Shown: one piece after another, positions 41,861-53,100 of the stretch
Position numbering within the stretch: position 1 is the first letter of the stretch
Layout of the letters: the number at the start of each line of letters is the position of its first letter
Source: an uncultured Thermoplasmata archaeon
GTDB lineage: Archaea > Thermoplasmatota > Thermoplasmata > Halarchaeoplasmatales > Halarchaeoplasmataceae
Direction: 5' to 3'
Length of the DNA: 64,000 nt
NCBI GenBank assembly: GCA_964516805.1
Contig: CAZEXI010000002.1
Span: forward strand, 3,321 to 67,320
The notes under the pieces: generated by a model
What the model was told of the DNA's origin: nothing
Databases searched by the model: none
The model's input: only the letters and a program-made list of their open reading frames with translations
Position numbers and translations under genes: made by a program

Positions 41861-42129
41861 AAACCGTAAATGATTTTACTTATAAAGGATATTATAAAAT
41901 TATGTCAGAGAATGATAATTCATCAAATTCAAAACAATGTAATAGATGTGGAGTTCCCATGAAGATATTAAACTTAGAATGGGGTGACGATGAATCAGCT
42001 AATGAATTGATAACCATATTAGGAACATTGATAGATGAAGATGATGTTCCCAAAGAACCCATTGACTACAAATCATTAAACATTGAATACTGCAACAAAT
42101 GTGATTCTATAGATATTCATATCGAATAA
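41848..42129 (+). CDS. small zinc-ribbon protein (CxxC...CxxC); start may be 41902
   Basis: CNRCGVPMK and CNKCDS. Confidence 0.4.
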   Translation: MFRVKTVNDFTYKGYYKIMSENDNSSNSKQCNRCGVPMKILNLEWGDDESANELITILGTLIDEDDVPKEPIDYKSLNIEYCNKCDSIDIHIE

Positions 42130-42157
42130 GCAAAAACTACTAAAAATTTAAATCTAT

Positions 42158-42562
42158 TCAAACTTCAGTATTGAACCATTCTGGTAATCTTCTGTACTTG
42201 TAATGATCCCTTATCAATTCTTCATACATATGTACAAAATAAGCATTAAATTTCTTCAAATATTTTACACCTTCTTTAGTTATAGATATCTTGTATTTTC
42301 TCTCCCCTTTATCTATTTCTATCAATCCATCCTCCTCTAAATTGTTGAGAACCTTATTGGTCATATGATGGTTTGATTTTATCTCGTGTGAAATCTCATA
42401 TTTAGGTAAATTTGGAACATCGTCATCAAAAACATCATCTAAAACATCTTCCAAATTAGACTGATATATATCTATGTTAAGCTCCTCGGCAAGGCGATTC
42501 AATGCCAGACAGGCATATAGTTCCCAATTTTTGTATTTACTCTTCTTTGAGCCCATCATCAT
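42158..42562 (-). CDS. winged-helix (PadR/MarR-like) regulator
   Basis: C-terminal HMTNKVLNNLEEDGLIEIDKGERKYKISITKEG. Confidence 0.45.
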   Translation of the reverse strand: MMMGSKKSKYKNWELYACLALNRLAEELNIDIYQSNLEDVLDDVFDDDVPNLPKYEISHEIKSNHHMTNKVLNNLEEDGLIEIDKGERKYKISITKEGVKYLKKFNAYFVHMYEELIRDHYKYRRLPEWFNTEV

Positions 42563-43866
42563 CTCCGTTCGATCTTTCCTTCAGGTAGGAATGGAAATAC
42601 GGAATATGTTTCACCTTCTTCTATTACGATCTGAATACTGGTCTTCATCGGATCTCCACCCGGACCCTTATTCAACCGTATCGTTCTTCTGGTTATGAAT
42701 TCGACCAATTCTTCTTCTAGATCGATCAATTTATCCTCTTTCTCAGTAGTCAAAATAACTGCTCTCAAATAGTCAGGTCTTTTACCATATCCTTTCTCCA
42801 AATTATCGATGATATCATTTATTTGATTTACGAAGTCTCTACAGTAATCAACATCTATTTTACTGCTATCAACCTCTTTTACTAGAAGTGTATATTCCAG
42901 TTCTTTTCCTGAAATAAAAGATAAATCAAATTTATATTCGTTACCTGAAGAACCTTTTAACTTTTTATCTTCATCTATGTTCCCACAAGAATCTTTTATT
43001 ATTTTACTTAAACGATGATCTCTTTTTTTCAAATACTTTTTGAATCGTTCTAAAATATCTTCTCCTTCATAAATAAAAAGGGTTTCATCACTCTTGACAG
43101 TCTCTACTATCTTTGATTGTTCATTAAAATATTCTAAAAAATCCTTTACATCAGCAGTAAAAAAAGAAGCAAGTACAAATAAAAGAACAAAAATGATTTC
43201 TCCCGATCTCCAAAGGAACTCAAATTGTCCGTACTTAGGTAACAAAAACCCATATTCTCCGGTGATAAAAGTGATATGTAGGATAAAATCAATGAGAACA
43301 AACACCGAAGCTAAAAAAAACAATTTAGATGCATAACCTATCTGACGAGAAAGTTGAGGTATCTCTCTATAAACATCATCAGTAATAGATAAAGAAGATC
43401 GATATGGATCGATCCCAGCTGTTTCCGAACCTAATTTTTCATCTAAATCTTTGATATCTTTAGAACCTTTCCAGAGATCAGACAAACCTTCAAATCGTGA
43501 ATAAAGTACATCAAAAAATCTGAGAGATTGAAAAACTACAATTAGTATAAATATAGCCAATGCGATCAGAATTACAGTTCCAAATATTTTGAATGTATAG
43601 ATCATTATGCTTAAAGTAAGCATATCAGTGAAATTTATATAAAATTGAAAAGATTGTACTGATAACGATATTAAGAAAAATATAATAAAACTTAAACTTA
43701 TAGCTATACTTCCAGTAATAAATTTATTTAGCACAGTTTTGTTCTTCATCAAATCATCAGATAGATCAAGGAATCCTTCCAAAGGACCTTCGACAGACCA
43801 TTGGAGTGAGAATTTTTTAAAAAATCTACCACCCTTCATAATATTCAAATACAAATCGAAATTCAT
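42559..43866 (-). CDS. multi-pass membrane protein with large cytoplasmic C-terminal domain, hypothetical
   Basis: 435 aa, 4-6 TM; 4-nt overlap with the regulator gene. Confidence 0.45.
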   Translation of the reverse strand: MNFDLYLNIMKGGRFFKKFSLQWSVEGPLEGFLDLSDDLMKNKTVLNKFITGSIAISLSFIIFFLISLSVQSFQFYINFTDMLTLSIMIYTFKIFGTVILIALAIFILIVVFQSLRFFDVLYSRFEGLSDLWKGSKDIKDLDEKLGSETAGIDPYRSSLSITDDVYREIPQLSRQIGYASKLFFLASVFVLIDFILHITFITGEYGFLLPKYGQFEFLWRSGEIIFVLLFVLASFFTADVKDFLEYFNEQSKIVETVKSDETLFIYEGEDILERFKKYLKKRDHRLSKIIKDSCGNIDEDKKLKGSSGNEYKFDLSFISGKELEYTLLVKEVDSSKIDVDYCRDFVNQINDIIDNLEKGYGKRPDYLRAVILTTEKEDKLIDLEEELVEFITRRTIRLNKGPGGDPMKTSIQIVIEEGETYSVFPFLPEGKIERR

Positions 43867-43954
43867 ACTATATAAATATTATCGAAACTTTTTTTCGAAG
43901 ATGTTTTTCTAAACACTTGTTCTTTTTGTTATATATCCTTCCTAGGCCTACGTA

Positions 43955-44809
43955 TTGATGAGGCGAAATAAGATGGAAGAAAGAAAAGAAAATGAAGGTC
44001 CCTCCGACAATGAGGGAAATAAAAAAGACGAACCCGTCAGAAAAGAACCCCAGCAATACAATTATTCCCAAAGGAGACCACCAAAAAGAAAGAAAAGCTC
44101 AAAACCAACAATTTCTGGTGCACTACTTTTAGTAGTAGCAGTTTTGGGAATGCTTTTCTCTTTGATAATGGTGGGAAGTGGGTTTATCCTGGATGATGTC
44201 GAAGATTGGTCATTTGTAGACGGTGGAACTACTACCATCGAAGGTCAAGTAGTAGATGAGAACGGTGACCCTATAGAAAATGCAACTATAACAATAGTAG
44301 ATACACATCTAGAAACAGAAACCGATGTAGACGGTAATTATAAGCTAGTTGGAGTCCCTAATGGTTTCCAAGAGATCAGAGTTGAAAAATCAGGTTACAA
44401 AACTATCATCCATAAAACCATGGTGAACGACAATGACTCTACTAAAGAAAATTACAATATCCACGATGGAGAAGTTCACAGAAAGGGCGATACATATGAC
44501 TATACTCTACCAGACGGTTCTGGTGAATTAACCTATGGTGTAGGTCAAGACACTCTAGAGAAGATATTCGGAGATATACATGGATTCCTAACAATAATAG
44601 GTATAATCACACTGATATGCTCAATAGTAGCATTGATAGGTGGTATATTCGCTCTTAAAAGAGAACATTTCGGTATAACAGTTGCTGCAGCAGTAGTAGG
44701 AATATTCTCATTCGGATTTGCTATCGGTTCGATACTATCGATAATAGCTCTATTCATTCTGGTGCTGGCATCAGATGAATTCGGAGATGAGGACGAAAAC
44801 AACTACTAA
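43955..44809 (+). CDS. membrane protein with carboxypeptidase-regulatory-like (CarbopepD_reg) beta-sandwich domain
   Basis: GQVVDENGDPIENATITIVD...DVDGNYKLVGVPNGFQEIRVEKSGY; 3 TM. Confidence 0.55.
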   Translation: MMRRNKMEERKENEGPSDNEGNKKDEPVRKEPQQYNYSQRRPPKRKKSSKPTISGALLLVVAVLGMLFSLIMVGSGFILDDVEDWSFVDGGTTTIEGQVVDENGDPIENATITIVDTHLETETDVDGNYKLVGVPNGFQEIRVEKSGYKTIIHKTMVNDNDSTKENYNIHDGEVHRKGDTYDYTLPDGSGELTYGVGQDTLEKIFGDIHGFLTIIGIITLICSIVALIGGIFALKREHFGITVAAAVVGIFSFGFAIGSILSIIALFILVLASDEFGDEDENNY

Positions 44810-44840
44810 AACAGAAATCAACTAGACAGGAGATGATCGT

Positions 44841-45509
44841 ATGACTCAGATCAAAATACGTAATTTGAATAAAAGATACAGTTCAGGTGATGTCGAGTGC
44901 ACAGCTTTAGATAAAGTGGACCTTGAGATCAACAAAGGAGAATTTGTAGCCATAGTTGGCCCATCAGGTAGTGGAAAATCTACCTTACTCAACATGATCA
45001 CAGGTATAGATAAACCTACCAAGGGCAGTGTAAAAATAAATAATAAAGAGATCACAGAGATGGACGAAGATGAACTTGCTTCATGGAGATGTAAGAACAT
45101 GGGAGTCATCTTCCAGTTCTTTCAATTATTTCCAACTTTGACAGCAATCGAGAATGTGATGCTTCCTATGGACTTTGCTAACAACGGTAACGGTAATAAA
45201 AAAAATATGGCTTTGAGGAATCTGAACCTTGTTGGGTTAAAAGATAAATCAAATAACCTTCCAATGGAACTATCCGGTGGAGAAAAACAGAGAGTAGCTA
45301 TAGCTAGAGCTTTGGCGAATGATCCTGACCTGATAGTAGGTGACGAACCCACTGGTAACCTAGATACTCATACAGCCGACAAGATGTACAAGCTTTTGAG
45401 ATCACTAAATAAAAGAGGAAAAACAGTGATCTTCGTTACACATAATAAAAATCTAGCCAAAAGAGCTGATAGAACACTAGTTATCAGAGATGGTAAACTG
45501 GTGAACTAG
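44841..45509 (+). CDS. ABC transporter ATP-binding protein (MacB/LolD/FtsE-like)
   Basis: Walker A GPSGSGKST; signature LSGGEKQR; Walker B LIVGDEPTGNLD. Confidence 0.85.
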   Translation: MTQIKIRNLNKRYSSGDVECTALDKVDLEINKGEFVAIVGPSGSGKSTLLNMITGIDKPTKGSVKINNKEITEMDEDELASWRCKNMGVIFQFFQLFPTLTAIENVMLPMDFANNGNGNKKNMALRNLNLVGLKDKSNNLPMELSGGEKQRVAIARALANDPDLIVGDEPTGNLDTHTADKMYKLLRSLNKRGKTVIFVTHNKNLAKRADRTLVIRDGKLVN

Positions 45510-45517
45510 GTGGTATT

Positions 45518-47890
45518 ATGTCATCAATTTTACTTAAAAAATCGTGGCGTGACCTCAGTGAGAAAAAGGCACGCACTATTTTTGTTATTTTAACTATCGC
45601 GATCGCTGTAGGTGGTATATCAATATTCAGCATAGCGCCTATGAGCAATGATATTGTTAAAGAAGAAGTTCAAGAAAATAATCTGTATGAAGTACAGATC
45701 GTATTGAAAGAAGGCATAGATTATTCGGTTGTTAAAGATCTTGAAAGTATTTCAAATATAAAAACCTCAGATGGCCATGTACAATTCACCTCTAAGATAT
45801 ATGTGGATGAAAAACGTATGGACGCAATTTTCATCGGAGTAAATGATTTTGAACAGCAGAAGTTGGATATTATAGATAAACGAAAAGGAGAACTGCCTGA
45901 AAATCATCAGGTATTGACAGAAATAGATAATTCAAAGAAAGCAGTTTACAAAGGAGATATAGGCGATACCTTTAAAGTAGTAGACAATGAAGGAAAAAAA
46001 ACAGAGATAAGAATATCTGGAAAGGGCAGAAGTTTAGCTTATGGATGGCCACCCAATGCAGGTATTGCTGCGTTCTATACCGATAATCAAACTATCGAAA
46101 ATATCAGTAGTATTGAAGGATTTAATGTGATCGAATTTGATCTCCATAAAACAGATAACGAATCCATAGAAAACACAATAAAATCTATCAAATATAGACT
46201 TTCAAATAACACAGATAACGTAACATTTGCACAGATGCCAGAGATACGAGAACAGGGGTCATGGCCAGGTAAAGATCAGATGGAGAGTACAGCTTCTTTA
46301 CTTCATATCGTAGCTTATATTGCATTGTTCAGCAGTGTATTTCTCATTGCCAATACTATGAATTCTTTCGTCAAAGAACAGGTAAACGAGATCGGTTCGA
46401 TGAAAGCAATAGGTGCTACGAAGAAACAAGTTGTAAAATCTTATTTCTTGACTTCATTGTTATTAGGATTACTTGGCTCTGCACTTGGAACGATATTCAG
46501 TATATTCATTTCTTACAAATTGGTGAATTTTACCATCGGGATATGGGGTATTTCACCACAGTTCAGTATCCATCCACCAACACTATTGGTGGGTTTTTCA
46601 GCAGGCATTGGTTTAACTGTACTGGCCTCATTACCAGCTTTATACAAAGTACTTAAAATGAACACTAAAGATGCGATGAATGACCAGGGCATATCAGGAA
46701 ATTTTGGTAAGAGCAGAATAGATAAAATATTGATGAAGGCTAGGGGTATACCAAAATCTATCCAGATGGGTATCAGAAATATCGCTAGAAAGAAAGGTAG
46801 ATCAATAGCTACGATCCTACAGATATCGATAGCCATCGGAAGCATGCTTGCATTGAGCACTTTAGGTGCATCGATATATACTACCATTGATGGTGAATTC
46901 GATTCATATGATTTCGACGTATCTGTGAATAGTGCAGATCAATCTTTATTCAATGAGAGTAATCAGATAATGCTTCAAGAAGACCATAGGATAAAAAATG
47001 TTGAAGGTGTTTATCGAACACAGTTTGAATACAGGGATAAATCTTTGGTCATCAACGGTTTCGATCATAACACCGATTGTTATACTCCAAACATAAAAGA
47101 AGGAAGGTGGTTCAACGATAGAAATCAGGAAAACCAGGATCGAGTTGTGGTGATAACAAAGAAATTAAAAGGTGATTACAACTTTGACGTCGGAGATGAT
47201 ATAACATTCAATACGCCTGTAGGTAAGAAGGAGTTTAAGGTCATAGGAATAGACAAAACTCTAATGAATAATGGTGATGTGGCATTCATACCTAAAACTA
47301 CACTTCAAGACATAAACGATGATCAGGGAAAGGTTACAGGTTTCTTTATACAGTCCCACACAGATGATCATGATCAAATCGATGCCTTGGCTGTGGATAT
47401 AGAAGACAAGATGATCAAAAAAGGTTATCCTGCTAATACGAATGTCCTGTATCTTATGAAAGAAAGGAATATAGCCCAAAATCGATCCACTATGCAGATG
47501 GTATATCTCTTAGGTATGCTTATTGTAACGATCGGTGTAGTAGGACTGACAAATACATTGAGCATGAACGTAATAGAAAGGATCAAAGAGATCGGAATCC
47601 TACGAACAATAGGAGCTAGAAGTTGGAACCTAAGAAGCATATTTGGATTCGAGGGTATAACGTTAGCACTATTTGGATGGATTCTAAGTATACCTATAGG
47701 ATATCTTATGGGGAGTTATGTTGTACATTCATTCAATGATGTCTTCTCAGTCGAACTAGTCATGGTCTACCCGCTTAAAGATGTTTTAATAGGTCTAGCA
47801 GCCATACTGATATTGACTACTATTGTGATGCAACTACCTCTTCTTAAAGTAGTACGATTTAAACCAGGTGAAGCACTGAGATACGAGTAA
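45518..47890 (+). CDS. ABC transporter permease with two FtsX/MacB-like domains
   Basis: 790 aa; 4+4 TM separated by large extracytoplasmic domains. Confidence 0.75.
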   Translation: MSSILLKKSWRDLSEKKARTIFVILTIAIAVGGISIFSIAPMSNDIVKEEVQENNLYEVQIVLKEGIDYSVVKDLESISNIKTSDGHVQFTSKIYVDEKRMDAIFIGVNDFEQQKLDIIDKRKGELPENHQVLTEIDNSKKAVYKGDIGDTFKVVDNEGKKTEIRISGKGRSLAYGWPPNAGIAAFYTDNQTIENISSIEGFNVIEFDLHKTDNESIENTIKSIKYRLSNNTDNVTFAQMPEIREQGSWPGKDQMESTASLLHIVAYIALFSSVFLIANTMNSFVKEQVNEIGSMKAIGATKKQVVKSYFLTSLLLGLLGSALGTIFSIFISYKLVNFTIGIWGISPQFSIHPPTLLVGFSAGIGLTVLASLPALYKVLKMNTKDAMNDQGISGNFGKSRIDKILMKARGIPKSIQMGIRNIARKKGRSIATILQISIAIGSMLALSTLGASIYTTIDGEFDSYDFDVSVNSADQSLFNESNQIMLQEDHRIKNVEGVYRTQFEYRDKSLVINGFDHNTDCYTPNIKEGRWFNDRNQENQDRVVVITKKLKGDYNFDVGDDITFNTPVGKKEFKVIGIDKTLMNNGDVAFIPKTTLQDINDDQGKVTGFFIQSHTDDHDQIDALAVDIEDKMIKKGYPANTNVLYLMKERNIAQNRSTMQMVYLLGMLIVTIGVVGLTNTLSMNVIERIKEIGILRTIGARSWNLRSIFGFEGITLALFGWILSIPIGYLMGSYVVHSFNDVFSVELVMVYPLKDVLIGLAAILILTTIVMQLPLLKVVRFKPGEALRYE

Positions 47891-47897
47891 AGATCTT

Positions 47898-47922
47898 GGG
47901 GAAAAACCCCTCTTTTCTTTCT
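47898..47922 (+). terminator. GGGG-aaaaa-CCCC hairpin followed by tcttttctttct
   Basis: read directly downstream of the ABC permease stop. Confidence 0.4.
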
Positions 47923-47959
47923 CCAAAAATTTATCTATTTCTTTTTAGTTTACATATAC

Positions 47960-48184
47960 ATGAGTTTATTGATGGGACTAGGGGCCGCAGTTTGTTTCGC
48001 ATTGATAATTTTGGTAGTAATCATACTGATAATAGCATTTTTCTTCAGTTTACTGATCGAATTTTTACCAGCTACTATTCTAGCGATAATTGTATTTTTT
48101 GTAACAGGTGGAGACCTGTTCTTATCAGCAGTAACTTTCCTGCTAGTGGCATTCGTGATGACTTTGATAAGATGGTTTAGGTGA
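47960..48184 (+). CDS. small membrane protein (2-3 TM), hypothetical
   Basis: 74-aa hydrophobic ORF; overlapping 47896 ORF in another frame judged less likely. Confidence 0.3.
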   Translation: MSLLMGLGAAVCFALIILVVIILIIAFFFSLLIEFLPATILAIIVFFVTGGDLFLSAVTFLLVAFVMTLIRWFR

Positions 48185-48219
48185 TATTTATAGAAAAAAA
48201 GAAAGATGTTTATCCATAT

Positions 48220-48954
48220 TTATCCATAAAGAGGCGGATGAGCTGTTCTTTCTTCCATCTCCTCCTGAGCCTTTTTAGTCTGATTAACAAGCTGTGATAG
48301 TTCTTGTTCCAATTGTTCTGCACTCTTTATCAGTTCATCAGTGCTTATATCAAAGTCTTTATACCTAGCAAATATTTCCAGTATCTTAGCGGCTGCTCTA
48401 GGATCAGGCATATTAGTATTACCTTCAACTAAAAGCCCAACCGCATCTAGTTTATTCTCACTAGCATTTAAAAGCAGTGAACTCGATATACCTGAAATAG
48501 CACCTCTATGTATCAAATCAATATCTAACTGCTCCGCCAAGTCCTCTGCCTCATGGGTACTCAATACACCCCAGACTTTACTCTCATCCGATCCTTCCCT
48601 TTGAGGGATACCATCAAAAACAATAACTTCAGTAACACCAAGGTCCTTTACCCAGCTTATAACTGCTTTAGCTATTTTAGACGCTGATTCCGGTGGTATC
48701 ACCATGTCAGATTTAACAAGCATGAATCCTTTTCCTGCAAAAAACCTAACTGGCCTTCTAGGGACTCCATCAAAAATAACCGCAGTAGGTGGAAAGTCAT
48801 CACAGTCCAATGATGCAACTTGTTCCAATCCTAATGTACTTATCATCTGCTCCGACGCTATACCACCGATGAGTCCATTTCCTGGAAAACCAGCTACTAA
48901 ACAATCTACTTTTGGAATATCTCTTTCCTCTATTATGCGTGTAGAATCTTCCAT
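48220..48954 (-). CDS. PAC2-family proteasome assembly chaperone (PbaA/PbaB-like) with HbYX-type C-terminal motif (LYG)
   Basis: LVAGFPGNGLIGGIA N-terminal signature; C-terminus ...HPPLYG. Confidence 0.75.
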   Translation of the reverse strand: MEDSTRIIEERDIPKVDCLVAGFPGNGLIGGIASEQMISTLGLEQVASLDCDDFPPTAVIFDGVPRRPVRFFAGKGFMLVKSDMVIPPESASKIAKAVISWVKDLGVTEVIVFDGIPQREGSDESKVWGVLSTHEAEDLAEQLDIDLIHRGAISGISSSLLLNASENKLDAVGLLVEGNTNMPDPRAAAKILEIFARYKDFDISTDELIKSAEQLEQELSQLVNQTKKAQEEMEERTAHPPLYG

Positions 48955-49042
48955 AACATATCCCCTTAAATGCTAATCACTATCGTGTTATATATCTTTT
49001 ACATCTAGGATATAGTAAAAATAATATGTTTAAAACCTTATT

Positions 49043-50170
49043 TTGTATTGTAAAATGGTCCTAAAAAACTTGAACAATTTGGAAAAAAGGATTAAATCAG
49101 ACAAACGGATTATCTTTATTTTTGTATTTTTTCTAATTTCGACCATGATCCTTTCAGTTGGAAGTACTCTATTTTCATCTAATCTAAATCTAGTTGTTCT
49201 TATCAACAATATATTCAATGGTTTAAGTCTATCCTTCTTATTAACTGGTCTCTACTCTGCTTACTGTTACTGGAATAGAAGATTGACACGATTCAGAAGG
49301 ATTATTATCTATATCATAACTCTATCCGCTGTACTCTCTTTAGGTGTTTTAATATATCTTAATTTCTTCAACAGCAATGCGGATATCAACATATTGTCAA
49401 TGATGTTAGATAATGAAATATTAATCCTGGTCTCTTTACATATCAGTATTTCTTTAGGACTGATCATAGCTAGTTTCTTCATAATCATAATGGGATTTGG
49501 TGCTATAGGGCTGATGTCAGCGGTGGTAAGAATACGTTCTCGTGAAATCTTTAATGACATAAAAAATATAAGCAGATATACGGATGAAGGCACGAAAGAT
49601 GAGAATCGCTTACAATATCTATATCACAAGATTTTAGGATGGTTCTTCAGTATACCTTATGTGTTGGACACATCAAAGTTCTATGTCCAGAAGCCTAAAT
49701 TGACAGAAAAGATATCTAAAAAGCAATTCAAAACAGCGATTCTATGGGAACTATTCTTCTGCATGATCATCTCTGTAAATATAAGTTTAAATCCCTTCCT
49801 TCTAGAATATCTATCGATCAGCGAACTATTCGCACTCACATCTGGTATAGCTACCTTCATCCCGATCATTATTCTTCCATGGTTCACATACCATGAATTG
49901 GATGCTAAAATCAAAGGTCCACATAAAGATTTCAGTCTGTACGAAGGGCTTAAAAACAGGGTGTTTGAGATACTTGTCACTGTGGGCACCTTATACACAT
50001 TCTTAAGACTTTCATTAAAAGAAGTAGCCTTAGATTCGCTAATAAGGAATTTCTTAACATATATCAGTGGAATAATATTATTAGTATTGTTGTTCACATA
50101 TGTATACTTCAACTTCTTTGAGAACGACCTAATTTCAGATGTGTATAAAAGTTATGAAGGATCAGATTGA
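49043..50170 (+). CDS. polytopic membrane protein, hypothetical
   Basis: 375 aa, about 9 TM. Confidence 0.4.
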   Translation: MYCKMVLKNLNNLEKRIKSDKRIIFIFVFFLISTMILSVGSTLFSSNLNLVVLINNIFNGLSLSFLLTGLYSAYCYWNRRLTRFRRIIIYIITLSAVLSLGVLIYLNFFNSNADINILSMMLDNEILILVSLHISISLGLIIASFFIIIMGFGAIGLMSAVVRIRSREIFNDIKNISRYTDEGTKDENRLQYLYHKILGWFFSIPYVLDTSKFYVQKPKLTEKISKKQFKTAILWELFFCMIISVNISLNPFLLEYLSISELFALTSGIATFIPIIILPWFTYHELDAKIKGPHKDFSLYEGLKNRVFEILVTVGTLYTFLRLSLKEVALDSLIRNFLTYISGIILLVLLFTYVYFNFFENDLISDVYKSYEGSD

Positions 50171-53100
50171 TCCCAAAAGATCAATAAGCAAATCTATTTC
50201 ATCTTTTTCTGCATCTATCGCTAAACCGAATTCTGTTACAGTCTCTGATTCAGGTTCGATCTTCTCTCTAGAAAGCATGAATGAAAACATCAGGTCCTGA
50301 GTATCCAGATATCCTACAGAACCACGTTTTCCTTCTGGTATGAAGAAGACTATAGATTGATCCTCATTAAATATCCTTAGCCATGGCTCTTTGATGTTCG
50401 ATTGTGGAGAGAACATAGTATCTGTTTTATTTTTCGTCCAAACTTTATCATCTCCGTGGACCTGTATCTTCGATTCTTTTATATCACTGCCCAGCAATGT
50501 ATCTATTCTTATCAGGGATACTGTATCTACCTTTCTTTTTGTAGGATTCTCATGTTTGATAGAAACCTTTATCAAATTTGTATCTGGGATGGTTAGATAT
50601 CTTATAAAGAAAACCTGACCCTTTAATTCCTCAGATTTCCTAATAACCATCTTGGCTTCGACACCCTTCCAATCTCCTTCACTGTGTTCTCTTACTTCTA
50701 CTTTTTCTGGCTCTTTGAAAGGATCATCTTCAGACTTTTCAAAGAAATGTGGAGTTATTCCTCCTATGTTCTTTTCAAAGAAATATCTAGGTTTGATCTC
50801 TGGGAAATTATCTACCAAATACGTTTTTTTATCCGTATCCTTGAGATCGATAAGATTTCCACCTATATTTTTCGGAACTTTATAGTTCATATATCCATTT
50901 GTAACTTCTAGTACTTCATTATCTTCTATAATTCTCTCCTGAGTTTTTATTTCAGATCTTCCTTTGATCAAGAGAGGTAGATCAAAATCCATTTCAAATT
51001 CACTGCTAACATGAAGATTTAAATTGGTAACTGGTCTCTCAAAATCATCATCAACTATTGTTTCTATATCAAATGAGAATGTTTCATCAGGATCGAATCC
51101 GCCTAATTTTATCTCTTTAACTTCCTGATCATCTTCGATCAGAGAAGCTTCAATTCCGTCGGGCGCATCTAAAGTAACTTCTCCATCGAATTCATATGGT
51201 GTAGCGTAATCAACGTCTATCGTAATCCTCTGCTTTTCACCTCTAGATATCAGATTAATGCCATCGATCTCTATCTCTATCGGTTTCTTTGTTTTGATCG
51301 GTTTGTTTATCTTTTTATCGAAATCCTCTTCCTTATTAACGAGTTCATTCCATTTACTCCTCACATTGTAAAGAGTCGGTAGATTCTCATGATACCATAT
51401 GTGAGGTGAAGTAAATGTTTCGCCTGGTTTTAGCAGTTCAGTACTCGTTTCTAACTCAGATAACATACCTTTACCAACCTTTACTTTTTCTATATTTTTA
51501 TCTTGCCAAATAACAGCGGTGTAATCCCCATTAGCTAAACTCCTTACCGCAGTCCAGCTTTCCATCCATTCCGATGGGTCCTTAGGAACCATATTATTGG
51601 ACATGACATTCATTACATTGTCACATTCAATAATACCTGATCTTAAAGGAGTATATGCTTTTCCTTTGCCAGAATATGAATTTAACCTTAAACCATAAAA
51701 CTGACGGTCAAATTTACATCCTACTTCTATCTTTTCATCTTCAGTTATGTTCCTTAATTCTATCCAATGTTCCATCATCCCTTGATTTTTCTCTAACTTT
51801 ACGTTCTTTTCTATCCTTATTCCTGGAAGATGATTACTTTCTCCTATCAATTTTAATATCTTATATTCACTATTTTCATTTAGTTCGCAATCATACTCTA
51901 GAGTTCTATCCAAGGAGAGACCATACGGTGGCCCGATCTCGTGTCTGAATTGTTTCTCTACCTCTCCTTCAAATTCTCTCGAAAAATACGATAATTTACC
52001 ACCTTCAAGATCTGCTTCGACTTTCATCTTGCTAGAAACCAGATAGGCTTTTTGTTCATCTTCATGTTGAAAGTGAACAATCATGTCATCATTTTCTACT
52101 ATTATATGATGATCATACGTAGGCATCTGCAAAAATTCATCATCATGTTTTACAAAGGGAGTTAATCCCATCTCATAAAGATGTGCTTCCAAATCGGAAT
52201 GAGGCTTAATGGGGACTTCTATACCAGAAATCTCCTCAGGATCAAGCTCAAAATCTATCTTATGACCATCTAATCCAAATTGCTTACAGTTGACCTTAAC
52301 ATATCCTGAAAATTCTTTTTCCGTGTTGTTAGCTATATCAAAATAGATATTTTTTCCTTCTTCTCCAAAGGTACTTTGGAATGATTCATTTGATTTTACC
52401 TCTATTGCGGGTTGTATCTTACCACCAGTTTTCAATTCTATTTCCCGATCACCAAATGATATGTTGCTTACGATACTTTGAGATGGTTTTTCCTTATCAA
52501 ATTGTTCAACATCATGATCTACGATGAATTCAAAGGTCGCTTTTTTTATCTCTCCATCCTCAACGATCAAAGACTCGTTTTCATCACCAAGCCACTCTAA
52601 TCCTTCGTATCCTTGTGATTTAATATCGATTTCCTTTTTCTTACCAGTATTATTTTCTATCTCCACTATCAACTCGTTTTCTAATCCTATGAAGATTTCA
52701 TGAGATTTCAACCTGGTTCTTATTGAGAATTCAGTATTTCCAAGCTTATAATTTATACCTTTAAAATCCCATCCAAATCTATCTACCTCCATTTCTAAAT
52801 GATCATCATCGTCTTCAAATCTGTATTTATACGATTTCATACCATTTATCTCAATATCATCCTGTGTCTGTTTTAACTCTCTTTCAAAATTGCTATACCA
52901 GTCTGGATGTTCTTTGAACCATTCTTCACAAATAGGAAGACTCATAATTCCTGGTATAAAATCCTGCATATAAACAGACGTTTCTGGAACCCAGAACATC
53001 CCTATCTTTTTGTAAAGAGGAACTGCATCTAAATTTCCAGACCATGTGTGTAGATCGACTCTTTTTATATCATTTTCAGTTGCTATCTTTAAAGCCTTCA

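Noticed and set aside
47896-48180. 94-aa ORF overlapping 47960-48184 in another frame
   Set aside because: The translation is non-hydrophobic junk overlapping a coherent 3-TM small protein in the other frame. Only one can be real, and the membrane ORF is more plausible
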